Assembly (NCBI GenBank): GCA_011620605.1
Contig: WOYW01000005.1
Location: 32,232 to 96,231, forward strand
Reading direction: 5' to 3'
DNA length: 64,000 bases
From: Bacteroidales bacterium
GTDB taxonomy: Bacteria; Bacteroidota; Bacteroidia; Bacteroidales; UBA932
The notes under the pieces were generated by a model that did no database searches, was not told the origin of the DNA, and was given only the letters and a program-made list of their open reading frames with translations. Positions 63,570 to 64,000 of the stretch are shown one piece after another (the first letter of the stretch is position 1; every line of letters starts with the position of its first letter). The position numbers were made by a program, and so were the translations under genes.

Positions 63570-64000
63570 TCATTCATTCTTCATTATGGTAAATCCTTTT
63601 GGAGCGACCATGGTTTCTCCCATGTACGGTACCAGGTCATCTGGTTTCAGACCGAAAGGCAGCTCCAGAGAACGAAAGTCAAAGAAATCGTCTCCCTTAT
63701 TGATACATACAGCGACCACCTGATCCATATAGATGCGTACATAAGCCAGTACATCAGGGCAGACATACAAGGGAAAAAGGTCTCCGTAAAGAAGTGCCAT
63801 GTTGCTGTTTCTCAACGAAGTAAGCCTTTTAACACGCTCTTTCAGACGAATCTGCATGGATGTATAGCCGTCAAATAACATCATCCTGCGGTTGTCGGGA
63901 TCGTTGGCACCCGGCATGCCTATCTCATCGCCGTAATAAATACAGGGAATGCCCGGCAAAGTCATGTTGAAGGCGTGGAGCATGGCCAGGTATTCGTACC
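63570..64000 (-). CDS. GH13 alpha-amylase family protein; 5' end lies beyond the window end
   Basis: The frame stays open to position 64000 (...EYLAMLHAFNMTLPGIPCIYYGDEIGMPG...), which is the conserved region after GH13 region IV. Confidence 0.7.
   Translation of the reverse strand, partial: YEYLAMLHAFNMTLPGIPCIYYGDEIGMPGANDPDNRRMMLFDGYTSMQIRLKERVKRLTSLRNSNMALLYGDLFPLYVCPDVLAYVRIYMDQVVAVCINKGDDFFDFRSLELPFGLKPDDLVPYMGETMVAPKGFTIMKNE

Noticed and set aside
63330-63878. A 182-aa plus-strand ORF
   Set aside because: It is antisense to two GH13 genes and spans their junction.

Overview
The window looks like a Bacteroidales (Bacteroidota) chromosome segment. It has repeated TAnnTTTG -7 promoter boxes, a TonB-dependent receptor, a type III glutamine synthetase, SusA-like GH13 enzymes and many Bacteroidota-restricted DUF families. 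About 90% is coding and most of that is housekeeping: pyrG, purD, purM, rimO, fabG, coaE, yajC, nusB, dtd, deoC, RNase P RNA, tRNA-Cys and tRNA-Leu. No rRNA or CRISPR array was seen.

The main features beyond housekeeping are:
1. A ~7.6-kb integrated element (50016-57622) sits in the 3' end of tRNA-Leu(CAG), bounded by a 15-nt direct repeat. It carries a tyrosine integrase, an ATGA-coupled phage lysis cassette and a complete-looking diversity-generating retroelement (DGR). The DGR order is target lipoprotein with a C-terminal variable repeat (VR), then avd, then the template repeat (TR), then the reverse transcriptase (RT). VR and TR differ almost only at TR adenines. However, the RT is truncated and frameshifted and avd has an in-frame TAA, so the element looks like a frozen DGR in a decaying prophage remnant.
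2. An orphan radical SAM/SPASM-like enzyme is co-located with two small secreted beta-rich proteins and a membrane-spanning TPR/LuxR-type regulator. No precursor peptide is visible.
3. A TPP riboswitch precedes a TonB receptor-PnuC pair that runs on into an amidohydrolase and a purine nucleoside phosphorylase.
4. A nested palindromic element lies next to tRNA-Cys and supplies the last codons of an FkbM methyltransferase gene.
5. A translationally coupled ccsB-ccsA-triheme peroxidase operon is present.
6. Several unusual proteins occur: a 3'-5' exonuclease-GAF fusion, a KS-like protein with Ser at the nucleophile position, and an OadA-like protein whose biotinyl-type domain lacks the AMKM lysine.

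All family assignments come from reading the translations by eye. No database search was run.
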